DNA of 64,000 nucleotides, from NCBI GenBank assembly GCA_964016885.1, contig OZ024744.1:126852001-126916000 (forward strand). Reading direction: 5' to 3'. This DNA comes from Eledone cirrhosa (Eukaryota). Numbering within the stretch: position 1 is the first letter of the stretch; each line of letters begins with the position of its first letter. Below are positions 12,508 to 27,199 of this stretch, one piece after another. The position numbers were made by a program, and so were the translations under genes. The notes under the pieces are model-generated. The model was not told where the DNA came from. It ran no database searches and was given only the letters and a program-made list of their open reading frames with translations.

Positions 12508-13104
12508 GGGCACTGTCGTGGTATTAGCTATCAGAAAGGTGACGTCATTCGTCAACCTTCTCAATCCTTTATTTCCGTATCAACACGCGTTTATTTACGT
12601 TTATGATTTTATTTATGGAGACCAAATAACCCCGTAATTTTCGACAGAAACGATAATATACAATCTTATTTAACATATGCATTAAAAACTACACTAGCTG
12701 TTACAATTGTAATTAACGTGTAAGAACTTAAACGAAAATATAGGAGGCCCTTAAAAGGGCCGGTGTTGAACTTAAATTTGTTTTCTAATTTGATAACCAT
12801 GACTTGTTTCAACACCGGCCCTTTTAAGGGCCACCTATATTTTCATTTAAGTTCTTACACGTTAATTACAATTGTAACAGCTAGTGTAGTTTTTAATGCA
12901 CATGTTAAATAAGATTGTATTACGGGGTTATTTGGTCCCCATATTATTTTTTTAATAAGTGTATCTCATCGTAAACGTATCTCTTAGAAAATCCTAAACA
13001 TAAATAAAGGGAATAGTGATACGGAAATAAAGGATTGAGAAGGTTGACGAATGACGTCACCTTCTTCTGCTTTCACTTCTGACAGCTAATATCATGACAC
13101 TGCC
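12508..13104. mobile_element. Palindromic (foldback) MITE, Merlin-like
   Basis: GGGCACTGTCGTGG...CATGACACTGCC; almost fully self-complementary; inverted near-identical copy at 60758-61378. Confidence 0.75.
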
Positions 13105-13317
13105 GAAATATATGTTATAAATACCTCAAAATTCCTCATTAATTAAACCCAAGACAGGTAAAACTCTTTCAGTCGGACATAAAACAAATTAATTTCCAAT
13201 GGAAGAAAAGATGTTAAAGTCAGCCAAGGGAGATCACTCTCAGCGACTTATTGGAATTCTTGTTCGTGAATTAATCTGGAATAAGTCATTCCGGTGTATT
13301 TTGTGTGGAGGAAACCG

Positions 13318-13665
13318 GTTTTAGTTGGTGATAGCACGCAGTACATGAACGTATGGTTCCTGAGTTCGAATCCCAGATCGGGTGGTCTGTACTTTGAGGC
13401 CTTGAACAAGACACTTTATTTCTCATTGTTTCATTTCACCCAGCTAGAAAAAGTAATAAGTTGTACCAGTAATTATAGTGGAAACGTTGTTACATAGAAT
13501 TGTCACACTGAATCTCCCTGAGAAGAATGTCAACGGTATACGTGTCAATGAAATACTCAGACACATTATAATATAAGATGGGTTCTACATGTATTTCAAA
13601 GGGAAGCCATGCCATACGTCTTGCTGAATCTCCCTGAGAACTACGTATATACTCGTGACTATCAG
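13318..13665 (+). mobile_element. Old tRNA/CORE-like SINE
   Basis: TTAGTTGGTGATAGCAC, GAGTTCGAATCCC B box, CCTTGAACAAGACACTTTATTTC. Confidence 0.6.
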
Positions 13666-15965
13666 ACATAGTGTATCTAGGATTACATTATCTAATGTAC
13701 AGTACAGTAGTTAGTATTAGTGGCTATAAGACATAGTTTATCTAGGACTACATTATCTAATGTACCTTATAGAAATTAGTATTAATGGCGATCAGACATA
13801 GTGTACCTAGGACTACTTTATCTAATGTACAGAATAGTGGCTATCAGACATAGTGTACCTAGGACTACATTATCTAATGTACAGTATAATAGCTATCAGA
13901 CATAGTGTATCTAGGACTACTTTATCTAATGTACAGTATAGTGGCTATCAGACATAGTGTACCTAGGACTACATTATCTAATGTACAGTATAGTGGCTAT
14001 CAGACATAGTGTACCTAGGACTACATTATCTAATGTACAGTATAATAGCTATCAGACATAGTGTATCTAGGACTACATTATCTAATGTACAGTATAGTGG
14101 CTATCATATATAGTGTACCTAGGACTAGATTATATAATGTACAGTATAGTAGCTATCAGACATAGTGTACCTAGGACTACATTATCTAATGTACAGTATA
14201 GTGGCTATCAGACAGTGTACCTAGGACTAGATCATCTAATGTACAGTATAGTGGCTATCAGACATAGTGTACCTAGGACTACATTATCTAATGTACAGTA
14301 TAGTGGCTATCAGACATAGTGTACCTAGGACTACATTATATAATGTACAGTATAGTGGCTATCAGACATAGTGTATCTAGGACTACATTATCTAATGTAC
14401 AGTATAGTGGCTATCAGACATAGTGTACCTAGGACTACATTATCTAATGTACATGATAGTGGCTATCATATATAGTGTACCTAGGATTACATTATATAAT
14501 GTACAGTATAGTAGCTATCAGACATAGTGTACCTAGGACTACATTATCTAATGTACAGTATAGTGGCTATCAGACATAGTGTACCTAGGACTACATTATC
14601 TAATGTACAGTATAGTGGCTATCAGACATAGTGTACCTAGGACTACATTATATAATGTACAGTATAGTGGCTATCAGACATAGTGTACCTAGGACTATAT
14701 TATCTAATGTACAGTATAGTGGCTATCAGACATAGTGTACCTAGGACTACATTATCTAATGTACAGTATAGTGGCTATCAGAAATAGTGTACCTAGGACT
14801 ACATTGTCTAATGTACAGTATAGTGGCTATCAGACATAGTGTACCTAGGACTACATTATCTAATGTACAGTATAGTGGCTATCAGACATAGTGTACCTAG
14901 GACTACATTATCTAATGTACAGTATAGTGACTATCAGACATAGTGTATCTAGGACTACATTATCTAATGTACAGTATAGTGGCTATCAGACATAGAGTAT
15001 CTAGGACTACATTATCTAATGTACAGTATAGTGGCTATCAGACATAGTGTATCTAGGACTAAATTATCTAATGTACAGTATAGTGGCTATTATATATAGT
15101 GTACCTAGGACTACATTATATAATCTACAGTATAGTGGCTATCAGACATAGTGTACCTAGGACTATATTATCTAATGTACAGTATAGTGGCTATCAGACA
15201 TAGTGTACCTAGGACTACATTATCTCATGTACAGTATAGTGGCTATCAGACATAGTGTACCTACGACTACATTATCTCATGTACAGTATAGTGGCTATCA
15301 GACATAGTGTACCTAGGACTACATTATCTAATGTACAGTATAGTGTCTATCAGACATAGTGTACCTAGGACTATATTATCTAATGTACAGTATAGTGGCT
15401 ATCAGACATAGTGTACTTAGGACTACATTATCTAATGTACAGTATAGTGGCTATCAGACATAGTGTACCTAGGACTACATTATATAATGTACAGTATAGT
15501 GTCTATCAGACATAGTGCACCTAGGACTACATTATCTAATGTACAGTATAGTGTCTATCAGACATAGTGTACCTAGGACTACATTATCTAATGTACAGTA
15601 TAGTGGCTATCAGACATAGTGTATCTAGGACTACATTACCTAATGTACAGTATAGTGTCTATCAGACAGTGTACCTAGGACTACATTATCTAATGTACAG
15701 TATAGTGGTTATTAGACATAGTGTACTTAGGACTACATTATCTCATGTACAGTATAGTGGCTATCAGACATAGTGTACCTAGGACTACATTATCTAATGT
15801 ACAGTATAGTGGCTATCAGACATAGTGTACCTACGACTACATTATCTCATGTACAGTATAGTGGCTATCAGACATAGTGTACCTAGGACTACATTATCTC
15901 ATGTACAGTATAGTGGCTATCAGACATAGTGTACCTACGACTACATTATCTAATGTACAGTATAG
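13660..15965. repeat. 52-bp tandem satellite (about 44 copies)
   Basis: Unit GTGGCTATCAGACATAGTGTACCTAGGACTACATTATCTAATGTACAGTATA, period 52. Confidence 0.95.
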
Positions 15966-16002
15966 CAGTTAGTATTTGGGGCTATCAATATTATAGACTT
16001 CA

Positions 16003-16426
16003 AGTAAATCTTTGTCAACTTACCCCTTCACATATAATCAATGTGTTGTGTTGTTAGGTTTTACTAAACAACCAAAGAAATAATCTCTTTATTATCAAAT
16101 TAGAAGTTTCAAAGATGTTATCAGCTTTATTTCACGACATTAACGTTGGTGTCTCTTCTTCATCTTTAGTCATAAATAGATATCTTGTCAGAATGAAGTA
16201 GTGAGGCTGACTTTATGTCTTTAGCTACAGATTAGATAGGAAAAATATATATATATTAGGTTGATATGTGGTCTAAAATATATATATTGTCTATAAATGA
16301 CTGATAGCAGATGTTCTGGTGAAATAGTAGTTTTACTACTACAGATTGTAATGGAACTCTTAGTAGACACAATTGTAAAGTAAGAATAGATATGACAGTG
16401 TAAGACTGATGTCGGAGAATTAAAAT

Positions 16427-16469
<43 letters not shown>

Positions 16470-16710
16470 GTTACACAAGATATAATTAGATTAAGAAGAC
16501 AGCAGGTACTCGATGTCGTTGGAAATGATTTAACTCCCTTACCGGTGTCATTAGTTAAAAGTCCCTGATATAATTGAATACATTCACAGTTCCAATCGTA
16601 TTTAATCGATAGTAAATGAAAAGGTATCACTCAGTAAAATATCAATTATATATCGACGTAGTGTCTCTGACTGCTAGAAATAGCAGTGAAATTATCCATT
16701 ACAGACTTTT
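16003..16710 (-). promoter_or_regulatory. Orphan copy of the ZNF 5' module (donor at 16023), no ZNF exon downstream in the window
   Basis: Aligns to 61715-62420 and 29965-30680; ACTTAC at 16018-16023. Confidence 0.6.
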
Positions 16711-17326
16711 CTTTCTTTAAACTCTTACGTTTAGTAGATGTTTGTGTTGAGAAGGTGTGTAGTCGTGTATTGTATGACGGAAGTCACCATTGAAGATGTT
16801 AAAAGCAATGTTGTGGAAAATAGCATCGTACGACTTTGTAATTGTTTATATATAATTTATTTACTGATTAGAAAGGTTAGAAGAATGTCTCTTGAGAGGA
16901 TAGTTAATGTTATCAATAAAAAGGTTATAAAGATTTAAAGACGTACGGTCAACTGGCTGAGGCGTTGGCCAGACCTGTAGTGATATCTGTTGCTACATAT
17001 TGTCTATGCTTGAGGAACGAAAGCAAGAGATGTTTACCTTCACGGTGTCGAGCTGCAAGAGAGAGAGTTTCGAATCTCTGTGGGAATTTTTCCTTCTGGG
17101 CAGAAGTCGAGATACATTTTCCTAAGCTGGTAACAATTGGCTGAACTGAGTCAAACAACGCACAGAGAATGTATCCATGAGCCCTCGGAATGTAGGTCAC
17201 TACAATACCCTCTATTTGGTCTGCAAGGCGATATATAAGATTGAATCAGCAGGAAAAAGTCTTAAAGAGAGGACATCAATGAATATATATGTATACATAT
17301 ATGTATATATGATATATATATATATA

Positions 17327-18205
17327 CAGGTGTGGAAGATATTTGGTCGCAATTTTCAACTGCTAATTTTATGCAAATGCTTTTTACTTCCGTTGTCACT
17401 CTTGTCCTCATAAAAACAGTGACTATATTTCCATTATTTATTTTCATAATAATTGATTATGAATAATTTGAACCTCCAAATTTGTGGAAGAGACACGGAG
17501 TTCTTCCTGGAATCTGTGCCGGGAGGACAAATAAGACCAGAAGATCAACTCCCAGAACAACATGTGGCTCGCTGTCTCATCCAAAGACGTGCCTAGAGTC
17601 ATGCAGATAAAGTTTCCAGCAACAACATTGGTCTTAGGTGTCATCAGCAGTCAAGGTGACGTAATACCCCCTCACTGCTTCCCTGGGGGTCTCAAGCTGA
17701 ACACCGATGGCTACATTCGCGTTCTGAGCGAGGTAGTAAAGCCCTGGATCGACCAGGTAGCTGCAGGTAGGCCGTACGTGTTGCAGCAAGACTCAGCGCC
17801 CTGCCATACCAGCTGAAAGATCCAAGCCTGGCTGTCAGAGAACTTCGTCGACCTCATATCCCCTGACATCTGGCCTCCCAGCTAGTCTGACTGCAATCCT
17901 CTCGACTTCTTTGTGTGGGGCGCAGTGGAACGAGACACCAACAGATCCAGCTGCAATACGAAAGACGATCTGAAGGCCAGGATCACAAGTGCCCTTAGGG
18001 GCCTAAGTTGGGGGACAGTGACGAAGGCCTGTAGCCGGTTTCGAGGCCGTCATCAAAGCCAATGGCGGGTCTATCGAGTGAGATTGAAAGAACAAGTCAT
18101 GAAGACAAACTGACCCAAGTTTGATAAATATATCTTAAAAAACAAAACTACTGTGTTACTTATTCCTAGACAGTAATCTTGCAAACAAATATCGTACGCA
18201 CTCTG
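17327..18205 (+). mobile_element. Internally deleted Tc1/mariner maT (DD37D) transposon, transposase pseudogene
   Basis: TA-flanked imperfect TIRs; QQDSAPCH...WPPS*SDCNPLDF with 37 residues between the second and third Asp; two in-frame stops. Confidence 0.85.
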
Positions 18206-18305
18206 TATATATACATATATAATATATGATATATATATACATTATATATATATAATAATATATGTATATAATATATATATATGTATATATGTATATATAT
18301 ATATA

Positions 18306-18527
18306 TCATCACTGTTTTACATCCATTCTTCTATGCTAGCATGGGTTAGACGGGTTGTCCTGATGTGGGCAGTGCCCGGTTGGCTGACCTTGTCTTGATC
18401 ATACGGGAACTGATTCTGGCTTGATTTCTACAGCTGGATGCCCTTCCTAACACCAACCTCATTTACAATGAGTGCTGGGTACTTTTCTTCCGTGGTGCCT
18501 ACATGTCCACTTTACAGAGTGGGTTGA
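18306..18527 (-). mobile_element. RTE-tailed SINE
   Basis: Near-identical to 9141-9360. Confidence 0.75.
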
Positions 18528-18626
18528 TATATATATAATATATATATATTATATATAATATATATATATAACATATATATACATATAATATAATATATAT
18601 ATATATCATATAATATAATATATATA

Positions 18627-18807
18627 TCTAAAACAGAGAATGTCTGTCTGACACCCTAAAACTCAAGAACCACCCAACCGATTGTTTTCAAACCTTACAC
18701 ATGTAATACTTATGGTCCTGTGAGTGTTTAGAGGAGAAAAATTTCAAATTTGCAATGCCCTAGGGACTGCATTAGGTGATTTAGCGATCTCCTGGCCATT
18801 CTGCTAG
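18627..18807 (+). mobile_element. Short non-autonomous Helitron-like element
   Basis: 5' TC, GTCTGTCTG microsatellite, AACCGATT motif, 3' CTAG|T at 18804-18808. Confidence 0.5.
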
Positions 18808-18828
18808 TAATATCTATATAATATATAT

Positions 18829-18940
18829 GGCTTAGTGGTTAGAGCATTGGGCTTGTAATTGAAAGATTGTGAGTTCAATTCTCGGACCGGGTGATGTGTT
18901 ATGTCCTTGAGCAAGACACTTTATTTCACGTTGCTCCTTC
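18829..18940 (+). mobile_element. tRNA/CORE-like SINE head
   Basis: GGCTTAGTGGTTAGAGC...GAGTTCAATTC...GTCCTTGAGCAAGACACTT. Confidence 0.75.
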
Positions 18941-19194
18941 TACCTGGAGTTGTGACCAATAGATAGTATTAGCAATTGGAAAGACCAATGGAAACATTGT
19001 TTCTTCAGTCCAATTTGACGAAAGTCGATCGACTGACGATATATGTATATATATATATTATACATATATATATATATATATATGTGTCACTTGCTGGATC
19101 TGCTAGAAGGACCCTGATAATATGAGATGTTCTCCCGGCTGTATCATATACTGAAAATATGCAGATGTATACACATATATACACAAGTAATTAT

Positions 19195-19710
19195 ACACAC
19201 ATAGAAGTGGTTGATAGCTTCTGTGACTTAATTAGCAGTGGAGGATGACTGTATAACACCTGCCAATAAAATATGATGCTGCATGGTAGTGAAAATAGGG
19301 CTGTGACAGCAGAAATAAAGTGTAGACTGGAGAGAAATGAAGCAACCATGATTCATTGGATGTGCCATTTAAGTGTGAGAGAAAGGCAGAGCTTGGACAA
19401 GTTGAGGGAGAAGCTGGGTTTAAGAGGGAACTTAAGAGATGTGTAAGAGAGAAGACTGCATTGGTACTGACATGTGATACACATGGATAATGACAGCTGG
19501 GTGAAGAAGTGCCAGGACATCCCAATAGAAGGAAGCCATAGTAGAGGTAGACCAAGAAAGACCTGGACAGAGACTGTGTGAACTGACTTCAAATGACTGA
19601 CTCTCACAGAGGAGATGAAAAGGAACACGACAAGTTGAAAAGGACATGTCCAACCCAAGGAAGCATAGAAAAACAGACATAAAAACAGTGATGATGTTGA
19701 TGAAGATGAC
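19195..19710 (+). mobile_element. RTE LINE 3' fragment downstream of ZNF B
   Basis: RRLHWY.HV..MDNDSWVKKC, RGRPRKTW; paralogue at 53021-53660. Confidence 0.75.
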
Positions 19711-19924
19711 GTATATATACACACATACATAATAAATAAATCAAATACAGATATGCACATACTTATATACAAACACAGATACAAACATATACAAATTTCT
19801 ACACAGATACATTCACATATATGTAGCGTATGTCAATTCTGAACAATACAGTTTTGTCAGCACAAGTCTTGGTTAAAACTTCTACAAATGAAATGAAAGG
19901 AGAATAATTTCTTAGTAAAACAGC

Positions 19925-20883
19925 TTTATTCAAGATATTAACAACATTGGTGGCACTATTTTGGGTGAGTGACATGGTTTTTATGTTGTCTGATTGTGTT
20001 TGTGTTGCATCAAGTAAACCTTTACAAGAGAATTATTTACCACAGACACCACAGTGATATGGTTCCTCTCCTGTACGTTAGTGTGTAGGGAAGCCACAAT
20101 ATATAGAGAAGGATTTACCACAGACATCACAGTGATATGGTTCCTCTCCTGTATGTTAGTGTGTAGGGAAGCCACAACATTTAGAGAAGGATTTACCACA
20201 GACATCACAGTGATATGGTTCCTCTCCTGTATATGTTAGTGTGTAGGGAAGCCACAACATTTAGAGAAGGATTTACTACAGACATCACAGTGTTATAGTT
20301 CCTCTCCTGTATGTGTTAGTGTGTAGGGAAACCACAACATTTAGAGAAGGATTTACCACAGACATCACAGGGATATGGTTCCTCTCCTGTATGTTAGTGT
20401 CTAGTGAAGCCACAACATTTAGAGAAGGATTTACCACAGACATCACAGGGATATGGTTCCCCTCCTGTATGTTAGTGTTTAGTGAAACCAAAATTAGAAA
20501 ATGATTTACATGGGTGGAGGTGGCGAGAGCAGACATTTGAAGATCACGGTGGAGATGACGAAGGACCGTGACAAGTGGAGAGATGCTTTGCTGAATAGGA
20601 CCCATCCCACCCTTGCAAGCAGGGAAAAGTGGACGTAAAATAACGATGATGATGATGATGATGATATGGTCTCCCTCATCTATGCATACATTTAGTTAAA
20701 TTGCTGCATTAAAAGATATATTTTCCAAACATATCAAAGTGATATGGCTTCCCACCTGTATATGTTTGTGTGAAGTTAATGTAGCATTGAAAGAGAATGA
20801 TTTACCATAGATATTACACTGATATATATTTGTATTCTCATTAATTCACAATTTTGAGAGGATTTATCACTGATGTCAATGCA
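19925..20883 (-). other. 3' UTR of ZNF B: decayed fingers re-amplified as 78-80 bp repeats (20040-20510) plus an RTE tail insertion (20510-20665)
   Basis: Period 78/80; minus-strand AATAAA at 19925-19930; GGACGTAAAA(TGA)n tail. Confidence 0.7.
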
Positions 20884-22985
<2,102 letters not shown>

Positions 22986-23839
22986 AATAATTTTATCTCC
23001 AACAGAATATACTTGTAATATTTTTTACATTATATTCCTAAAAAATATATCTTCTATATTTCCCTCAACTGTGATTTCAGTTAATAGTCTTCAAATGATG
23101 ATAAATAGAGGTGATGTATCCAAGATTGAAAATAATAATTTATCCCAATGTCATCTGGTATTCTGAAATAAGAAAGAAACAGTATGAGATAATACAGAAT
23201 ACTTAAGAAGCAGAGATAGATTTAACAGTGGAAATTGTATATTTCTATATTCGTAAACTGTAGATATCAACTTTCCTGTCCAGAGTAATTCTCTCCAATG
23301 CAAACAGTGGTATTCCAGCATGCTCTATAAATGTTATCCTTCTATCTCTAGAGAAGTCTGCTCTATGGCAGTTTAGTGAAAAATTCATTCTGATAGGACT
23401 CTCTAATATAGCAATCATCTCCTCTCCTGGTGACATGTCAACAACAGTTTAACTTCCATCTTTTTATTAGTAGGAGTCAATTGTTCCTCTACATCTTTTT
23501 CTTACTTTTCTATCTTCCTCTGCGAGAAATCGGCTGTGTTTAGACCAGGAGTTACGAGTCTATATGAATCCATACAATATCAGATTTCACTTGAAGTTTT
23601 ATTCAGATCTCAATTCTGTTCAGATGAGAGAGGTGATGGGCTCAATCAGGTTTTCAAATATGCACCCCTATAGTGTACCCCTACGACTCCACTACTGTTT
23701 CATTTGTTTAGGACTATGTCTGGGTTAGCCAGCCAATTATCAGTAGAAGGGAAAACAGGGCCCTGATCCCCTCAGAAAAATGGCCTTGCTCAGTGTGCTA
23801 GAAAGGTGTAGGTAGAAATTCCATTCTCTGTCCAAAATA

Positions 23840-24390
23840 CAAACAATGGGTACACAAGAGATGTAGTGGGATCTCAGGTAGGTTAGCTAAGAATATACGT
23901 TTTACATGTGGCCATTGCACAGGAGCAGTAAGCAGCAAACATTCACAGGAAGCAACGATTGACTTTCGTCAAATTGGACCGAGGAAACAATGTTTCCATT
24001 GGTCTTTCCAATTGCTAATACTATCTGTCAGTCACAACTCCAGGTAGAAGGAGCAATGTGAAATAAAATGTCTTGCTCAAGGACATAATGCATCACCCGG
24101 TCAGTGAATCGAACTGACAACCTCACGATTGCGAATCCAATTCTCTAAACATTCAGCCACACGCCTTCACAGGAAACAAGCCCTAACAAACTGTTGGAGG
24201 GTCACATAGAAGAGGTAGACAGCTTCTGTTACCTGGGTGATGACATCATCAGTGGAGGTGGATGTTCTGAAAGTAGAGCAGCCTGAGTAAACATGGAATG
24301 GAAAAGGTTCCGGATGCTACTACCATGGCAACTTACTAAAGGCTTTTTCCTCAAAACAAAGGGCAGGTTGAATAATGCGTGTATACGAAC
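23840..24390 (+). mobile_element. RTE LINE fragment interrupted by a minus-strand tRNA/CORE SINE (24050-24170)
   Basis: WVHKRCSG, VDSFCYLGD motifs; reverse-strand SINE head. Confidence 0.65.
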
Positions 24391-24396
24391 AGTTTA

Positions 24397-24429
<33 letters not shown>

Positions 24430-24459
24430 ATTGTGTATATGTATATATATATACAATAA

Positions 24460-24907
24460 GACAATGTCACTGGACCGAGATCTTTGGCGCTACTCAGTAA
24501 TACAGAAGATCCGCCTTGCCTAAGTACAATGCGAAACCTACAATCAGTAGGCACCTCTTAACCAAATATACACCCCCATCCCACTATCCAACCCCCACCC
24601 CATCAACACCACCCTATCTCTGTAAAGTTATGTTGGTACCACAACATCCAGTCCTAAATAAATGAGGTCGTGTAGGTGTCACGACAAAAAAACACACAGT
24701 CCACGCTGTAATGTGGCTGTGTAGGTAACATGGTAAAAACCTCCCAGTCCACACTGTAAACGTGGTTGGTGTTAGGAAGGATATCCAGCAATAGAAAACC
24801 TGCCATCTAGTCCTATACAAGTGAGATACGGTCACCCGACCAATCTTGCCTCAACTAAACCCAGGCTAGCGTGGAAGGTAGACATTAAACGATGATGATG
24901 ATGATGA
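24460..24907 (+). mobile_element. Composite RTE 3' end plus SINE body
   Basis: Matches 49331-49780 and 50545-51015 in inverted orientation; (GAT)n tail. Confidence 0.7.
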
Positions 24908-24939
24908 CAAGCAATATATATAATCTAAGTAGAATGGTA

Positions 24940-26420
24940 TGATGAAAGCATATAATGTAGGTACAGCAGTATTCTCATAAATTGCTACAAAGGTAAAGGG
25001 GATGCTCTAGAGAGCAGCAATTATAGGGCATGAAGCTGATGGATCAGGTTATGAAAGTGGCAGAGAGAATATTAGCGCAACTGATTAGAGAAAGGGTCAA
25101 TTTAGATGAGATGCAGTTTGGTTTTGTGCTTCGGAAAAGTACAACAGAAGCCCTCTTCTTAGTGAGGCAACTACTAGAGAGGTTCTTAGAGAAGAATAAG
25201 TCACTATACATAGCTTTTGTTAGGGTACCCCGATCTGTCATCTGGTGGTCCCTAAGGAAACTAGGTGTAGAGGAATGGCTTGTGAGGACAGTGCTAGCTA
25301 TGTACAGGGGTGCTGTCAGTAAAGTGAGGGTAGGAATGGAGTTTAGTGAGGAATTCCAGATACAAGTAGGTGTACGTCAAGGTTCGGTCCTCAGCCCACT
25401 CTTGTTCGTTATAGGCCTAAAAGCCATAACAGAGGAGTTTAAGACTGGATGCCCATGGGAACTTCTCTATGCTGATGATCTGGTTCTTATAGCAGAATCA
25501 GTGAATCAGTAGAGGGGTTAGAGAATAAATTCTGGCTATGGAAACAGCAGTTGGAATCAAGAGGCCTGAGAATGAACATAGCTTAAACAAAAGTGTTGAT
25601 AAGTAGAAAAGAGGACAAAACTCTGATTCCATCAGGGAAATGGCCATGTTCGATATGTGGGAAAGGAACTGGCATAAATTCCATAAAATGTACGCAATGC
25701 AGATGTTGGGTACACAAGAGATGTAGTGGGATAGCAGGCAAACCAACAGGTAGGGATAACTATGTATACAGTAGATGTATAGGGAAAGTTGGCAGTAGTA
25801 ATCGCAGTGATAAACACATTTTTCAAATACAGGTAGGATCTAGAGATGTGGTTGATAGCTTCCGGGACCTAGGTGATCAGATTAGCATGGGAGGGGTGTT
25901 CCGAGGCCATAGTATCTAGAATAAGGACGAGTTGGAAGAAGTTTAATGAGCTGCTTTCTCTGTTGACAAAGAAGGGTTTGTCCCTGCATACGAAAGGATG
26001 GTTATATGATGCCGATGTGTGATGCTGCATGGTAGTAAGACATGGGCAGCAACTGCAAAGGATATGTGACGGCTGGAGAGAAGCAAGCATGCTCCGTTGG
26101 ATGTGCAATATCAATGTGTGTGAACGACCAAGCATAGACGAGTTGAGAAAGAAACTGGGTATTAGAGGGATAAGTTGTGGTGTGCAAGAGAGAAGACTGA
26201 GATGGTATAGACATGTGACCACTGGGTAAAGAAGTGCCAAATAATCCCAGTAGTAGGAAGACGCAGAAGAGGTAGACCACATAAAACATGGGCGGAGGTG
26301 GTGAGAGAAGACCTCAGATCGGTGAAACTCACCAAGGAGATGACAAGTGGAGAGATGCTGTGGTGAATAGGACTCGTCCCACCCTTGCAAGCAGGGAAAA
26401 ACAGACGTAAAATGATGATA
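24940..26420 (+). mobile_element. 5'-truncated RTE LINE, RT pseudogene
   Basis: QFGF, GVRQGSVLSPLLF, LLYADDLVL, PHD-like CSIC..CTQC..HKRC, GACGTAAAATGATGA tail. Confidence 0.9.
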
Positions 26421-26586
26421 TATATATACTAGTATTCAAGATAACATTGTTAGAACACATTGCAGCCTTGAAGAGATGGTTTCAACAAGATTGGGTGATG
26501 AAAGTTATAGTTTTTGTAGTAGGATCTCATCACATAAGGTTCCTTCAAAGATTCTTCTAGAGTTACAGAGTCATTTATATATATGT

Positions 26587-26865
26587 GTGTGTTTTGAACA
26601 ATAAAAATAAAACTAGAGACAAAGATATGTTCTTAATTAGTTCATTGTTTTACGATCATTTCAGAGGTTTGATTGATCATGGTAGATTGATATATTGACA
26701 AATAGGTAGTTGTTATGTCACTAACTATTTCTAGTCTCAAAATCCCTGATCAATCACACTGTATCAATATATTGATTTACCATGATCAATCAACCCTCTG
26801 AAACGATTGTAAAACAATGAATCATATCTCAGACTTTTGTTTTATTTTCAATGTTCAATACCCAC
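26587..26865. repeat. Degenerate inverted repeat, Penelope-end-like
   Basis: TTCATTGTTTTACGATCATTTCAGAGG...GATCATGGTA pairs with TACCATGATC...CCTCTGAAACGATTGTAAAACAATGAA. Confidence 0.65.
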
Positions 26866-27199
26866 AAACACACATATATAATTGACAATTTCTTTGGAAT
26901 AATTGATAAGACTTGTGGCTGGAAAAAAGTACCAGCCAGACAGAGGGTGACCTAGTGGTGAAACAGCACAGTAGATAGAGCTATTAACCATGTAGCATTT
27001 ACATTACTCTATATTTACTATTATATTTTCATGGTAAAGTCTTTATCTCACATAATATTGAATCTATGAGACTTTGATATTACTTATTTTGAGGACAATA
27101 CATTAACATCAATATGAGCAGCGAGTTACAGCCGGTTTGAACAGAAGGTGAGAGAATTCTGGCTGGATATGGTCAGTTTAAATGATAAAGGGTTAAAGA

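Noticed and set aside
13660-15965. Regular arrays (52, 40, 71, 48, 49 bp) as CRISPR arrays
   Set aside because: Head-to-tail repeats with no unique spacers, no cas genes, eukaryotic context
16949-17270. 83-aa minus-strand ORF in balanced-GC sequence
   Set aside because: No recognisable motif; probably TE debris I cannot classify
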